Assembly (NCBI RefSeq): GCF_009914755.1
Contig: NC_060946.1
Length of the DNA stretch: 64,000 bases
Origin: the human T2T-CHM13v2.0 reference genome, Homo sapiens
Strand: one strand, 5' to 3'
Part shown: piece after piece, positions 14,190 to 29,100 of the stretch
Position numbering within the stretch: the first letter of the stretch is position 1
Layout of the letters: each line of letters opens with the position of its first letter
Position numbers and translations under genes: made by a program
The notes under the pieces: generated by a model
Databases searched by the model: none
What the model was told of the DNA's origin: nothing
The model's input: only the letters and a program-made list of their open reading frames with translations

Positions 14190-17100
14190 AGGCTTTGCCT
14201 ACAGGGAACATTGGACATATATCTGCACTGATCACCCAGGTGATGCAACTCTTGCCTAGGCTTTGCCTATAGGGGACATTGTGACATATCTCTTCAATGA
14301 TCACTCATGTGATGCATCTCTTGCCTAGGCTTTGCCTACAGGGGACATTGTGACATATCTCTGCACTGATCTCCCAGGTGCTGTAACTTTAGTCTAGGCT
14401 TTGGCTACACGGCATTGTGACCTACCTCTGCACTGATCACCCAGGTGATATAACTCTTCTCTAGGATCTGCCTACAGGGTACTTTGTGACATATCCCTGC
14501 AATGATCACCCAGGTAATCTAACTCTGGTCTAAGCTCTGCCTAAAGGCGCATTGTGACAGATCTCTGCACTGATCACTCTGGTGATGTAAGTATTGTCTA
14601 GGCTCTGCTTCAAGGGGCCTTGTCACATATCTCTGCACTGATCACCCAGGTGATGTAACTCTTGTCTAGGCTCTGCTTCCAGGGCATATTGTGACATATC
14701 TATGCACTGATCACCTTAGTGATGTAACACTTTGGTAGGCTCGGCCTACAGGGGAATCTTGACATATCTCTGCACTGTTAACCGAGGTGATTTAACTCTT
14801 GTCTAGGCTGTGCCCACAGGGGTTTGAGACATATCTCTGCACTGATCCCGAGGTGATACAACTCTTGCCTGGTCTCTGCCTACTGTGGACATTGTGACAT
14901 ATCTCTGCACTGATCTCCCAGGTGCTGTAACTTTAGTCTAGGCTCTGGCTACACGGCATTGTGACATATCACTGCACTGATCACCGAGGCGATATAAATC
15001 TTCTCTAGGATCTGACCACAGGGAGCTTTGTGACATATCCCTGCAATGATCACCCAGGTGATATACCACTTGCCAAGGCTCTGCCTACAAGGGCATTGCA
15101 ATGTATCTCTGCACTGATCACCTAGGTCTTGTAGCTATTTTCTAGGATCTGCCTACAGGGTGCTTTGTGACGTGTCCCAGCAAGGATTACCCAGGTGATG
15201 TACCTCTCATCAAGGCTCTGCCTACAGGCACATTGTGATGTATCTCTGCACTGATCACCTCGGTCATGTAACTTTTTTCTAGGCTCTACCTACGATGGCT
15301 TTGTGACATATCTCTGCACTAATCATCCAAGTGATGTAACTCTTGTCTAGGATGTGCCTAAATTAACTTTTTGACATAACCCTGTACTGATCATCCAGGT
15401 GATGGAGCTTTTGTCTAGGCTCTGCCTAAGGGGGCATTGTGACATATTTCTGCTTTGATCACCCAGGTGGCGAACTCTTCTCTCGGATCTGCCTATGGGG
15501 GCATTGTGAGAAACCTCTGCACTGATCACCCAGGTGATGTAACTGTTGTGTAACCTCTGCCTACAGGGGAATTGTGAGAGATCTCGTCACTCATTACCCA
15601 AGTGATGTAACCACTGTCTAGGCTTTGCGTACAGGGGGCTTTGTGACATACCTTTGCACTGATCACCCAGGTGATGTAACACATCTAAGTTCGGCCTAAA
15701 GGAGCTTTGTGACATATCTCTGCACTGATCACTTACGTGATGTAACACTTTTATAATCACTGCCTACCGGGAATTTTGACAAATCTCTGCACTGATCACC
15801 TAGGTGATGTAACTCTTTTCTACCCTTTGTCCAACGGGGCATTGTGAAATCTCTCTGCACTGATCACCCAGGTGATTCAACTCTTGACTAGGAACTGCCT
15901 ACAGAGGTTATTGTGAAATATCTCTGCACTGATAAACTAGGTGGTGTAACCCTTGTCAAAGCTCTGCCTACAGGGTCGTTTCCACATATCCCTGAACTGA
16001 TGACAAAGGTGATGTAACCCTTGCCTAGGCTTTGCCTACAGGGAACATTGGACATATATCTGCACTGATCACCCAGGTGATGCAACTCTTGCCTAGGCTT
16101 TGCCTATAGGGGACATTGTGACATATCTCTTCAATGATCACTCATGTGATGCATCTCTTGCCTAGGCTTTGCCTACAGGGGACATTGTGACATATCTCTG
16201 CACTGATCTCCCAGGTGCTGTAACTTTAGTCTAGGCTTTGGCTACACGGCATTGTGACCTACCTCTGCACTGATCACCCAGGTGATATAACTCTTCTCTA
16301 GGATCTGCCTACAGGGTACATTGTGACATATCCCTGCAATGATCACCCAGGTGATCTAACTCTGGTCTAAGCTCTGCCTAAAGGCGCATTGTGACAGATC
16401 TCTGCACTGATCACTCTGGTGATGTAAGTATTGTCTAGGCTCTGCTTCAAGGGGCCTTGTCACATATCTCTGCACTGATCACCCAGGTGATGTAACTCTT
16501 GTCTAGGCTCTGCTTCCAGGGCATATTGTGACATATCTATGCACTGATCACCTTAGTGATGTAACACTTTGGTAGGCTCGGCCTACAGGGGAATCTTGAC
16601 ATATCTCTGCACTGTTAACCGAGGTGATTTAACTCTTGTCTAGGCTGTGCCCACAGGGGGATTGAGACATATCTCTGCACTGATCCCGAGGTGATACAAC
16701 TCTTGCCTGGTCTCTGCCTACTGTGGACATTGTGACATATCTCTGCACTGATCTCCCAGGTGCTGTAACTTTAGTCTAGGCTCTAGCTACACGGCATTGT
16801 GACATATCACTGCACTGATCACCCAGGCGATATAACTGTTCTCTAGGATCTGACCACAGGGTGCTTTGTGACATATCCCTGCAATGATCACCCAGGTGAT
16901 ATACCACTTGCCAAGGCTCTGCCTACAGGGGCATTGCAATGTATCTCTGCACTGATCACCTAGGTCTTGTAGCTATTTTCTAGGATCTGCCTACAGGGTG
17001 CTTTGTGACGTGTCCTAGCAAGGATTACCCAGGTGATGTACCTCTCATCAAGGCTCTGCCTACAGGCACATTGTGATGTACCTCTGCACTGATCACCTAG

Positions 17101-20100
17101 GTCATGTAACTTTTTTCTAGACTCTACCTTCGATGGCATTGTGACATATCTCTGCACTAATCATCCAAGTGATGTAACTCTTGTCTAGGATGTGCCTAAA
17201 TTAACTTTTTGACATAACCCTGTACTGATCATCCAGGTGATGGAGCTTTTGTCTAGGCTCTGCCTAAGGGGGCATTGTGACATATTTCTGCATTGATCAC
17301 CCAGGTGGCGAACTCTTCTCTCGGATCTGCCTATGGGGGCATTGTGAGAAATCTCTGCACTGATCACCCAGGTGATGTAACAGTTTTGTAACCTCTGCCT
17401 ACAGGGGAATTGTGAGAGATCTCGTCACTCATTACCCAAGTGATGTAACCATTGTCTAGGCTTTGCGTACAGGGGGCTTTGTGACATACCTTTGCACTGA
17501 TAACCCAGGTGATGTAACACATCTAATTTGGGCCTAAAGGAGCTTTGTGACATATCTCTGCACTGATCACTTAGGTGATGTAACACTTTTATAATCACTG
17601 CCTACAGGGAATTTTGACAAATCTCTGCACTGGTCACCTAGGTGATGTAACTCTTGTCTACCCTCTGTCCAACGGGGCATTGTGAAATATCTCTGCACTG
17701 ATCACCCAGGTGATTCAACTCTTGACTAGGAACTGCCTACAGAGGTTATTGTGAAATATCTCTGCACTGATAAACTAGGTGGTGTAACCCTTGTCCAAGC
17801 TCTGCCTACAGGGTCGTTTCCACATATCCCTGAACTGATGACAAAGGTGATGTAACTCTTGCCTAGGCTTTGCCTACAGGGAACATTGGACATATATCTG
17901 CACTGATCACCCAGGTGATGCAACTCTTGCCTAGGCTTTGCCTACAGGGGACATTGTGACATATCTCTTCAATGATCACTCATGTGATGCATCTCTTGCC
18001 TAGGCTTTGCCTACAGGGGACATCGTGACATATCTCTGCACTGATCTCCCAGGTGCTGTAAGTTTAGTCTAGGCTCTGGCTACACGGCATTGTGACATAT
18101 CACTGCACTGATCAACCAGGTGATAAAACTCTTGTATAGGCTCTGCCTACAGGGGGATTGTGACCTACCTCTGCACTGATCACCCAGGTGATATAACTCT
18201 TCTCTAGGATCTTCCTACAGGGTACTTTGTGACATATCCCTGCACTGATCACCCAGGTGATCTATCTCTGGTCTAAGCTCTGCCTAAAGGGGCATTGTGA
18301 CAAATCTCTGCACTGATCACTCAGGTGATGTAAGTATTGTCTAGGCTCTGCTTCAAGGGGCCTTGTCACATATCTCTGCACTGATCACCCAGGTGATGTA
18401 ACTCTTGTCTAGGCTCTGCTTCCAGGGCATATTGTGACATATATATGCACTGATCACCTTAGTGATGTAACACTTTGGTAGGCTCGGCCTACAGGGGAAT
18501 CTTGACATATCTCTGCACTGTGACCCGAGGTGATTTAACTGTTGTCTAGGCTGTGCCCACAGGGGGATTGAGACATATCTCTGCACTGATCCCGAGGTGA
18601 TACAACTCTTGCCTGGTCTCTGCCTACTGTGGACATTGTGACATATCTCTGCACTGATCTCCCAGGTGCTGTAACTTTAGTCTAGGCTCTGGCTACACGG
18701 CATTGTGACATATCACTGCACTGATCACCCAGGCGATATAACTGTTCTCTAGGATCTGACCACAGGGTGCTTTGTGACATATCCCTGCAATGATCACCCA
18801 GGTGATATACCACTTGCCAAGGCTCTGCCTACAGGGGCATTGCAATGTATCTCTGCACTGATCACCTAGGTCTTGTAGCTATTTTCTAGGATCTGCCTAC
18901 AGGGTGCTTTGTGACGTGTCCCAGCAAGGATTACCCAGGTGATGTACCTCTCATCAAGGCTCTGCCTACAGGGACATTGTGATGTATCTCTGCACTGATC
19001 ACCTAGGTCATGTAAATTTTGTCTAGGCTCTACCTACGATGGCATTGTGACATATCTCTGCACTAATCATCCAAGTGATGTAACTCTTGTCTAGGATGTG
19101 CCTAAATTAACTTTTTGACATAACCCTGTACTGATCATCCAGGTGATGGAGCTTTTGTCTAGGCTCTGCCTAAGGGGGCATTGTGATATGTTTCTGCATT
19201 GATCCCCCAGGTGGCGAACTCGTCTCTCGGATCTGCCTATGGGGGCATTGTGAGAAATCTCTGCACTGATCACCCAGGTGATGTAACTGTTGTGTAACCT
19301 CTGCCTACAGGGGAATTGTGAGAGATCTCGCCACTGATTACCCAAGTGATGTAACCGTTGTCTAGGCTTTGCGTACAGGGGGCTTTGTGACATACCTTTG
19401 CACTGATCACCCAGGTGATGTAACACATCTAAGTTCGGCCTAAAGGAGCTTTGTGATATATCTCTGCACTGATCGCTTAGGTGATGTAACACTTTTATAA
19501 TCACTGCCTACAGGGAATTTTGACAAATCTCTGCACTGATCACCTAGGTGATGTAACTCTTGTCTACCCTCTGTCCAACGGGGCATTGTGAAATATCTCT
19601 GCACTGATCACCCAGCTGATTCAACTCTTGACTAGGAACTGCCTACAGAGGTTATTGTGAAATATCTCTGCACTGATAAATTAGGTGGTGTAACCCTTGT
19701 CCAAGCTCTGCCTTCACGGGCGTTTCCACATATCCCTGAACTGATGACAGAGGTGATGTTACTCTTGCCTAGGCTTTGCCTACAGGGAACATTGGACATA
19801 TATCTGCACTGATCACCCAGGTGATGCAACTCTTGCCTAGGCTTTGCCTATAGGGGACATTGTGACATATCTCTTCAATGATCACTCATGTGATGCATCT
19901 CTTGCCTAGGCTTTGCCTACAGGGGACATTGTGACATATCTCTGCACTGATCTCCCAGGTGCTGTAACTTTAGTCTAGGCTTTGGCTACACGGCATTGTG
20001 ACCTACCTCTGCACTGATCACCCAGGTGATATAACTCTTCTCTAGGATCTGCCTACAGGGTACTTTGTGACATATCCCTGCAATGATCACCCAGGTAATC

Positions 20101-23100
20101 TAACTCTGGTCTAAGCTCTGCCTAAAGGCGCATTGTGACAGATCTCTGCACTGATCACTCTGGTGATGTAAGTATTGTCTAGGCTCTGCTTCAAGGGGCC
20201 TTGTCACATATCTCTGCACTGATCACCCAGGTGATGTAACTCTTGTCTAGGCTCTGCTTCCAGGGCATATTGTGACATATCTATGCACTGATCACCTTAG
20301 TGATGTAACACTTTGGTAGGCTCGGCCTACAGGGGAATCTTGACATATCTCTGCACTGTTAACCGAGGTGATTTAACTCTTGTCTAGGCTGTGCCCACAG
20401 GGGTTTGAGACATATCTCTGCACTGATCCCGAGGTGATACAACTCTTGCCTGGTCTCTGCCTACTGTGGACATTGTGACATATCTCTGCACTGATCTCCC
20501 AGGTGCTGTAACTTTAGTCTAGGCTCTGGCTACACGGCATTGTGACATATCACTGCACTGATCACCGAGGCGATATAAATCTTCTCTAGGATCTGACCAC
20601 AGGGAGCTTTGTGACATATCCCTGCAATGATCACCCAGGTGATATACCACTTGCCAAGGCTCTGCCTACAAGGGCATTGCAATGTATCTCTGCACTGATC
20701 ACCTAGGTCTTGTAGCTATTTTCTAGGATCTGCCTACAGGGTGCTTTGTGACGTGTCCCAGCAAGGATTACCCAGGTGATGTACCTCTCATCAAGGCTCT
20801 GCCTACAGGCACATTGTGATGGATCTCTGCACTGATCACCTCGGTCATGTAACTTTTTTCTAGGCTCTACCTACGATGGCTTTGTGACATATCTCTGCAC
20901 TAATCATCCAAGTGATGTAACTCTTGTCTAGGATGTGCCTAAATTAACTTTTTGACATAACCCTGTACTGATCATCCAGGTGATGGAGCTTTTGTCTAGG
21001 CTCTGCCTAAGGGGGCATTGTGACATATTTCTGCTTTGATCACCCAGGTGGCGAACTCTTCTCTCGGATCTGCCTATGGGGGCATTGTGAGAAACCTCTG
21101 CACTGATCACCCAGGTGATGTAACTGTTGTGTAACCTCTGCCTACAGGGGAATTGTGAGAGATCTCGTCACTCATTACCCAAGTGATGTAACCACTGTCT
21201 AGGCTTTGCGTACAGGGGGCTTTGTGACATACCTTTGCACTGATCACCCAGGTGATGTAACACATCTAAGTTCGGCCTAAAGGAGCTTTGTGACATATCT
21301 CTGCACTGATCACTTACGTGATGTAACACTTTTATAATCACTGCCTACCGGGAATTTTGACAAATCTCTGCACTGATCACCTAGGTGATGTAACTCTTTT
21401 CTACCCTTTGTCCAACGGGGCATTGTGAAATCTCTCTGCACTGATCACCCAGGTGATTCAACTCTTGACTAGGAACTGCCTACAGAGGTTATTGTGAAAT
21501 ATCTCTGCACTGATAAACTAGGTGGTGTAACCCTTGTCAAAGCTCTGCCTACAGGGTCGTTTCCACATATCCCTGAACTGATGACAAAGGTGATGTAACC
21601 CTTGCCTAGGCTTTGCCTACAGGGAACATTGGACATATATCTGCACTGATCACCCAGGTGATGCAACTCTTGCCTAGGCTTTGCCTATAGGGGACATTGT
21701 GACATATCTCTTCAATGATCACTCATGTGATGCATCTCTTGCCTAGGCTTTGCCTACAGGGGACATTGTGACATATCTCTGCACTGATCTCCCAGGTGCT
21801 GTAACTTTAGTCTAGGCTTTGGCTACACGGCATTGTGACCTACCTCTGCACTGATCACCCAGGTGATATAACTCTTCTCTAGGATCTGCCTACAGGGTAC
21901 ATTGTGACATATCCCTGCAATGATCACCCAGGTGATCTAACTCTGGTCTAAGCTCTGCCTAAAGGCGCATTGTGACAGATCTCTGCACTGATCACTCTGG
22001 TGATGTAAGTATTGTCTAGGCTCTGCTTCAAGGGGCCTTGTCACATATCTCTGCACTGATCACCCAGGTGATGTAACTCTTGTCTAGGCTCTGCTTCCAG
22101 GGCATATTGTGACATATCTATGCACTGATCACCTTAGTGATGTAACACTTTGGTAGGCTCGGCCTACAGGGGAATCTTGACATATCTCTGCACTGTTAAC
22201 CGAGGTGATTTAACTCTTGTCTAGGCTGTGCCCACAGGGGGATTGAGACATATCTCTGCACTGATCCCGAGGTGATACAACTCTTGCCTGGTCTCTGCCT
22301 ACTGTGGACATTGTGACATATCTCTGCACTGATCTCCCAGGTGCTGTAACTTTAGTCTAGGCTCTAGCTACACGGCATTGTGACATATCACTGCACTGAT
22401 CACCCAGGCGATATAACTGTTCTCTAGGATCTGACCACAGGGTGCTTTGTGACATATCCCTGCAATGATCACCCAGGTGATATACCACTTGCCAAGGCTC
22501 TGCCTACAGGGGCATTGCAATGTATCTCTGCACTGATCACCTAGGTCTTGTAGCTATTTTCTAGGATCTGCCTACAGGGTGCTTTGTGACGTGTCCTAGC
22601 AAGGATTACCCAGGTGATGTACCTCTCATCAAGGCTCTGCCTACAGGCACATTGTGATGTACCTCTGCACTGATCACCTAGGTCATGTAACTTTTTTCTA
22701 GACTCTACCTTCGATGGCATTGTGACATATCTCTGCACTAATCATCCAAGTGATGTAACTCTTGTCTAGGATGTGCCTAAATTAACTTTTTGACATAACC
22801 CTGTACTGATCATCCAGGTGATGGAGCTTTTGTCTAGGCTCTGCCTAAGGGGGCATTGTGACATATTTCTGCATTGATCACCCAGGTGGCGAACTCTTCT
22901 CTCGGATCTGCCTATGGGGGCATTGTGAGAAATCTCTGCACTGATCACCCAGGTGATGTAACAGTTTTGTAACCTCTGCCTACAGGGGAATTGTGAGAGA
23001 TCTCGTCACTCATTACCCAAGTGATGTAACCATTGTCTAGGCTTTGCGTACAGGGGGCTTTGTGACATACCTTTGCACTGATAACCCAGGTGATGTAACA

Positions 23101-26100
23101 CATCTAATTTGGGCCTAAAGGAGCTTTGTGACATATCTCTGCACTGATCACTTAGGTGATGTAACACTTTTATAATCACTGCCTACAGGGAATTTTGACA
23201 AATCTCTGCACTGGTCACCTAGGTGATGTAACTCTTGTCTACCCTCTGTCCAACGGGGCATTGTGAAATATCTCTGCACTGATCACCCAGGTGATTCAAC
23301 TCTTGACTAGGAACTGCCTACAGAGGTTATTGTGAAATATCTCTGCACTGATAAACTAGGTGGTGTAACCCTTGTCCAAGCTCTGCCTACAGGGTCGTTT
23401 CCACATATCCCTGAACTGATGACAAAGGTGATGTAACTCTTGCCTAGGCTTTGCCTACAGGGAACATTGGACATATATCTGCACTGATCACCCAGGTGAT
23501 GCAACTCTTGCCTAGGCTTTGCCTACAGGGGACATTGTGACATATCTCTTCAATGATCACTCATGTGATGCATCTCTTGCCTAGGCTTTGCCTACAGGGG
23601 ACATCGTGACATATCTCTGCACTGATCTCCCAGGTGCTGTAAGTTTAGTCTAGGCTCTGGCTACACGGCATTGTGACATATCACTGCACTGATCAACCAG
23701 GTGATAAAACTCTTGTATAGGCTCTGCCTACAGGGGGATTGTGACCTACCTCTGCACTGATCACCCAGGTGATATAACTCTTCTCTAGGATCTTCCTACA
23801 GGGTACTTTGTGACATATCCCTGCACTGATCACCCAGGTGATCTATCTCTGGTCTAAGCTCTGCCTAAAGGGGCATTGTGACAAATCTCTGCACTGATCA
23901 CTCAGGTGATGTAAGTATTGTCTAGGCTCTGCTTCAAGGGGCCTTGTCACATATCTCTGCACTGATCACCCAGGTGATGTAACTCTTGTCTAGGCTCTGC
24001 TTCCAGGGCATATTGTGACATATATATGCACTGATCACCTTAGTGATGTAACACTTTGGTAGGCTCGGCCTACAGGGGAATCTTGACATATCTCTGCACT
24101 GTGACCCGAGGTGATTTAACTGTTGTCTAGGCTGTGCCCACAGGGGGATTGAGACATATCTCTGCACTGATCCCGAGGTGATACAACTCTTGCCTGGTCT
24201 CTGCCTACTGTGGACATTGTGACATATCTCTGCACTGATCTCCCAGGTGCTGTAACTTTAGTCTAGGCTCTGGCTACACGGCATTGTGACATATCACTGC
24301 ACTGATCACCCAGGCGATATAACTGTTCTCTAGGATCTGACCACAGGGTGCTTTGTGACATATCCCTGCAATGATCACCCAGGTGATATACCACTTGCCA
24401 AGGCTCTGCCTACAGGGGCATTGCAATGTATCTCTGCACTGATCACCTAGGTCTTGTAGCTATTTTCTAGGATCTGCCTACAGGGTGCTTTGTGACGTGT
24501 CCCAGCAAGGATTACCCAGGTGATGTACCTCTCATCAAGGCTCTGCCTACAGGGACATTGTGATGTATCTCTGCACTGATCACCTAGGTCATGTAAATTT
24601 TGTCTAGGCTCTACCTACGATGGCATTGTGACATATCTCTGCACTAATCATCCAAGTGATGTAACTCTTGTCTAGGATGTGCCTAAATTAACTTTTTGAC
24701 ATAACCCTGTACTGATCATCCAGGTGATGGAGCTTTTGTCTAGGCTCTGCCTAAGGGGGCATTGTGATATGTTTCTGCATTGATCCCCCAGGTGGCGAAC
24801 TCGTCTCTCGGATCTGCCTATGGGGGCATTGTGAGAAATCTCTGCACTGATCACCCAGGTGATGTAACTGTTGTGTAACCTCTGCCTACAGGGGAATTGT
24901 GAGAGATCTCGCCACTGATTACCCAAGTGATGTAACCGTTGTCTAGGCTTTGCGTACAGGGGGCTTTGTGACATACCTTTGCACTGATCACCCAGGTGAT
25001 GTAACACATCTAAGTTCGGCCTAAAGGAGCTTTGTGATATATCTCTGCACTGATCGCTTAGGTGATGTAACACTTTTATAATCACTGCCTACAGGGAATT
25101 TTGACAAATCTCTGCACTGATCACCTAGGTGATGTAACTCTTGTCTACCCTCTGTCCAACGGGGCATTGTGAAATATCTCTGCACTGATCACCCAGCTGA
25201 TTCAACTCTTGACTAGGAACTGCCTACAGAGGTTATTGTGAAATATCTCTGCACTGATAAATTAGGTGGTGTAACCCTTGTCCAAGCTCTGCCTTCACGG
25301 GCGTTTCCACATATCCCTGAACTGATGACAGAGGTGATGTTACTCTTGCCTAGGCTTTGCCTACAGGGAACATTGGACATATATCTGCACTGATCACCCA
25401 GGTGATGCAACTCTTGCCTAGGCTTTGCCTATAGGGGACATTGTGACATATCTCTTCAATGATCACTCATGTGATGCATCTCTTGCCTAGGCTTTGCCTA
25501 CAGGGGACATTGTGACATATCTCTGCACTGATCTCCCAGGTGCTGTAACTTTAGTCTAGGCTTTGGCTACACGGCATTGTGACCTACCTCTGCACTGATC
25601 ACCCAGGTGATATAACTCTTCTCTAGGATCTGCCTACAGGGTACTTTGTGACATATCCCTGCAATGATCACCCAGGTAATCTAACTCTGGTCTAAGCTCT
25701 GCCTAAAGGCGCATTGTGACAGATCTCTGCACTGATCACTCTGGTGATGTAAGTATTGTCTAGGCTCTGCTTCAAGGGGCCTTGTCACATATCTCTGCAC
25801 TGATCACCCAGGTGATGTAACTCTTGTCTAGGCTCTGCTTCCAGGGCATATTGTGACATATCTATGCACTGATCACCTTAGTGATGTAACACTTTGGTAG
25901 GCTCGGCCTACAGGGGAATCTTGACATATCTCTGCACTGTTAACCGAGGTGATTTAACTCTTGTCTAGGCTGTGCCCACAGGGGTTTGAGACATATCTCT
26001 GCACTGATCCCGAGGTGATACAACTCTTGCCTGGTCTCTGCCTACTGTGGACATTGTGACATATCTCTGCACTGATCTCCCAGGTGCTGTAACTTTAGTC

Positions 26101-29100
26101 TAGGCTCTGGCTACACGGCATTGTGACATATCACTGCACTGATCACCGAGGCGATATAAATCTTCTCTAGGATCTGACCACAGGGAGCTTTGTGACATAT
26201 CCCTGCAATGATCACCCAGGTGATATACCACTTGCCAAGGCTCTGCCTACAAGGGCATTGCAATGTATCTCTGCACTGATCACCTAGGTCTTGTAGCTAT
26301 TTTCTAGGATCTGCCTACAGGGTGCTTTGTGACGTGTCCCAGCAAGGATTACCCAGGTGATGTACCTCTCATCAAGGCTCTGCCTACAGGCACATTGTGA
26401 TGGATCTCTGCACTGATCACCTCGGTCATGTAACTTTTTTCTAGGCTCTACCTACGATGGCTTTGTGACATATCTCTGCACTAATCATCCAAGTGATGTA
26501 ACTCTTGTCTAGGATGTGCCTAAATTAACTTTTTGACATAACCCTGTACTGATCATCCAGGTGATGGAGCTTTTGTCTAGGCTCTGCCTAAGGGGGCATT
26601 GTGACATATTTCTGCTTTGATCACCCAGGTGGCGAACTCTTCTCTCGGATCTGCCTATGGGGGCATTGTGAGAAACCTCTGCACTGATCACCCAGGTGAT
26701 GTAACTGTTGTGTAACCTCTGCCTACAGGGGAATTGTGAGAGATCTCGTCACTCATTACCCAAGTGATGTAACCACTGTCTAGGCTTTGCGTACAGGGGG
26801 CTTTGTGACATACCTTTGCACTGATCACCCAGGTGATGTAACACATCTAAGTTCGGCCTAAAGGAGCTTTGTGACATATCTCTGCACTGATCACTTACAT
26901 GATGTAACACTTTTATAATCACTGCCTACCGGGAATTTTGACAAATCTCTGCACTGATCACCTAGGTGATGTAACTCTTTTCTACCCTTTGTCCAACGGG
27001 GCATTGTGAAATCTCTCTGCACTGATCACCCAGGTGATTCAACTCTTGACTAGGAACTGCCTACAGAGGTTATTGTGAAATATCTCTGCACTGATAAACT
27101 AGGTGGTGTAACCCTTGTCAAAGCTCTGCCTACAGGGTCGTTTCCACATATCCCTGAACTGATGACAAAGGTGATGTAACCCTTGCCTAGGCTTTGCCTA
27201 CAGGGAACATTGGACATATATCTGCACTGATCACCCAGGTGATGCAACTCTTGCCTAGGCTTTGCCTATAGGGGACATTGTGACATATCTCTTCAATGAT
27301 CACTCATGTGATGCATCTCTTGCCTAGGCTTTGCCTACAGGGGACATTGTGACATATCTCTGCACTGATCTCCCAGGTGCTGTAACTTTAGTCTAGGCTT
27401 TGGCTACACGGCATTGTGACCTACCTCTGCACTGATCACCCAGGTGATATAACTCTTCTCTAGGATCTGCCTACAGGGTACATTGTGACATATCCCTGCA
27501 ATGATCACCCAGGTGATCTAACTCTGGTCTAAGCTCTGCCTAAAGGCGCATTGTGACAGATCTCTGCACTGATCACTCTGGTGATGTAAGTATTGTCTAG
27601 GCTCTGCTTCAAGGGGCCTTGTCACATATCTCTGCACTGATCACCCAGGTGATGTAACTCTTGTCTAGGCTCTGCTTCCAGGGCATATTGTGACATATCT
27701 ATGCACTGATCACCTTAGTGATGTAACACTTTGGTAGGCTCGGCCTACAGGGGAATCTTGACATATCTCTGCACTGTTAACCGAGGTGATTTAACTCTTG
27801 TCTAGGCTGTGCCCACAGGGGGATTGAGACATATCTCTGCACTGATCCCGAGGTGATACAACTCTTGCCTGGTCTCTGCCTACTGTGGACATTGTGACAT
27901 ATCTCTGCACTGATCTCCCAGGTGCTGTAACTTTAGTCTAGGCTCTAGCTACACGGCATTGTGACATATCACTGCACTGATCACCCAGGCGATATAACTG
28001 TTCTCTAGGATCTGACCACAGGGTGCTTTGTGACATATCCCTGCAATGATCACCCAGGTGATATACCACTTGCCAAGGCTCTGCCTACAGGGGCATTGCA
28101 ATGTATCTCTGCACTGATCACCTAGGTCTTGTAGCTATTTTCTAGGATCTGCCTACAGGGTGCTTTGTGACGTGTCCTAGCAAGGATTACCCAGGTGATG
28201 TACCTCTCATCAAGGCTCTGCCTACAGGCACATTGTGATGTACCTCTGCACTGATCACCTAGGTCATGTAACTTTTTTCTAGACTCTACCTTCGATGGCA
28301 TTGTGACATATCTCTGCACTAATCATCCAAGTGATGTAACTCTTGTCTAGGATGTGCCTAAATTAACTTTTTGACATAACCCTGTACTGATCATCCAGGT
28401 GATGGAGCTTTTGTCTAGGCTCTGCCTAAGGGGGCATTGTGACATATTTCTGCATTGATCACCCAGGTGGCGAACTCTTCTCTCGGATCTGCCTATGGGG
28501 GCATTGTGAGAAATCTCTGCACTGATCACCCAGGTGATGTAACAGTTTTGTAACCTCTGCCTACAGGGGAATTGTGAGAGATCTCGTCACTCATTACCCA
28601 AGTGATGTAACCATTGTCTAGGCTTTGCGTACAGGGGGCTTTGTGACATACCTTTGCACTGATAACCCAGGTGATGTAACACATCTAATTTGGGCCTAAA
28701 GGAGCTTTGTGACATATCTCTGCACTGATCACTTAGGTGATGTAACACTTTTATAATCACTGCCTACAGGGAATTTTGACAAATCTCTGCACTGGTCACC
28801 TAGGTGATGTAACTCTTGTCTACCCTCTGTCCAACGGGGCATTGTGAAATATCTCTGCACTGATCACCCAGGTGATTCAACTCTTGACTAGGAACTGCCT
28901 ACAGAGGTTATTGTGAAATATCTCTGCACTGATAAACTAGGTGGTGTAACCCTTGTCCAAGCTCTGCCTACAGGGTCGTTTCCACATATCCCTGAACTGA
29001 TGACAAAGGTGATGTAACTCTTGCCTAGGCTTTGCCTACAGGGAACATTGGACATATATCTGCACTGATCACCCAGGTGATGCAACTCTTGCCTAGGCTT

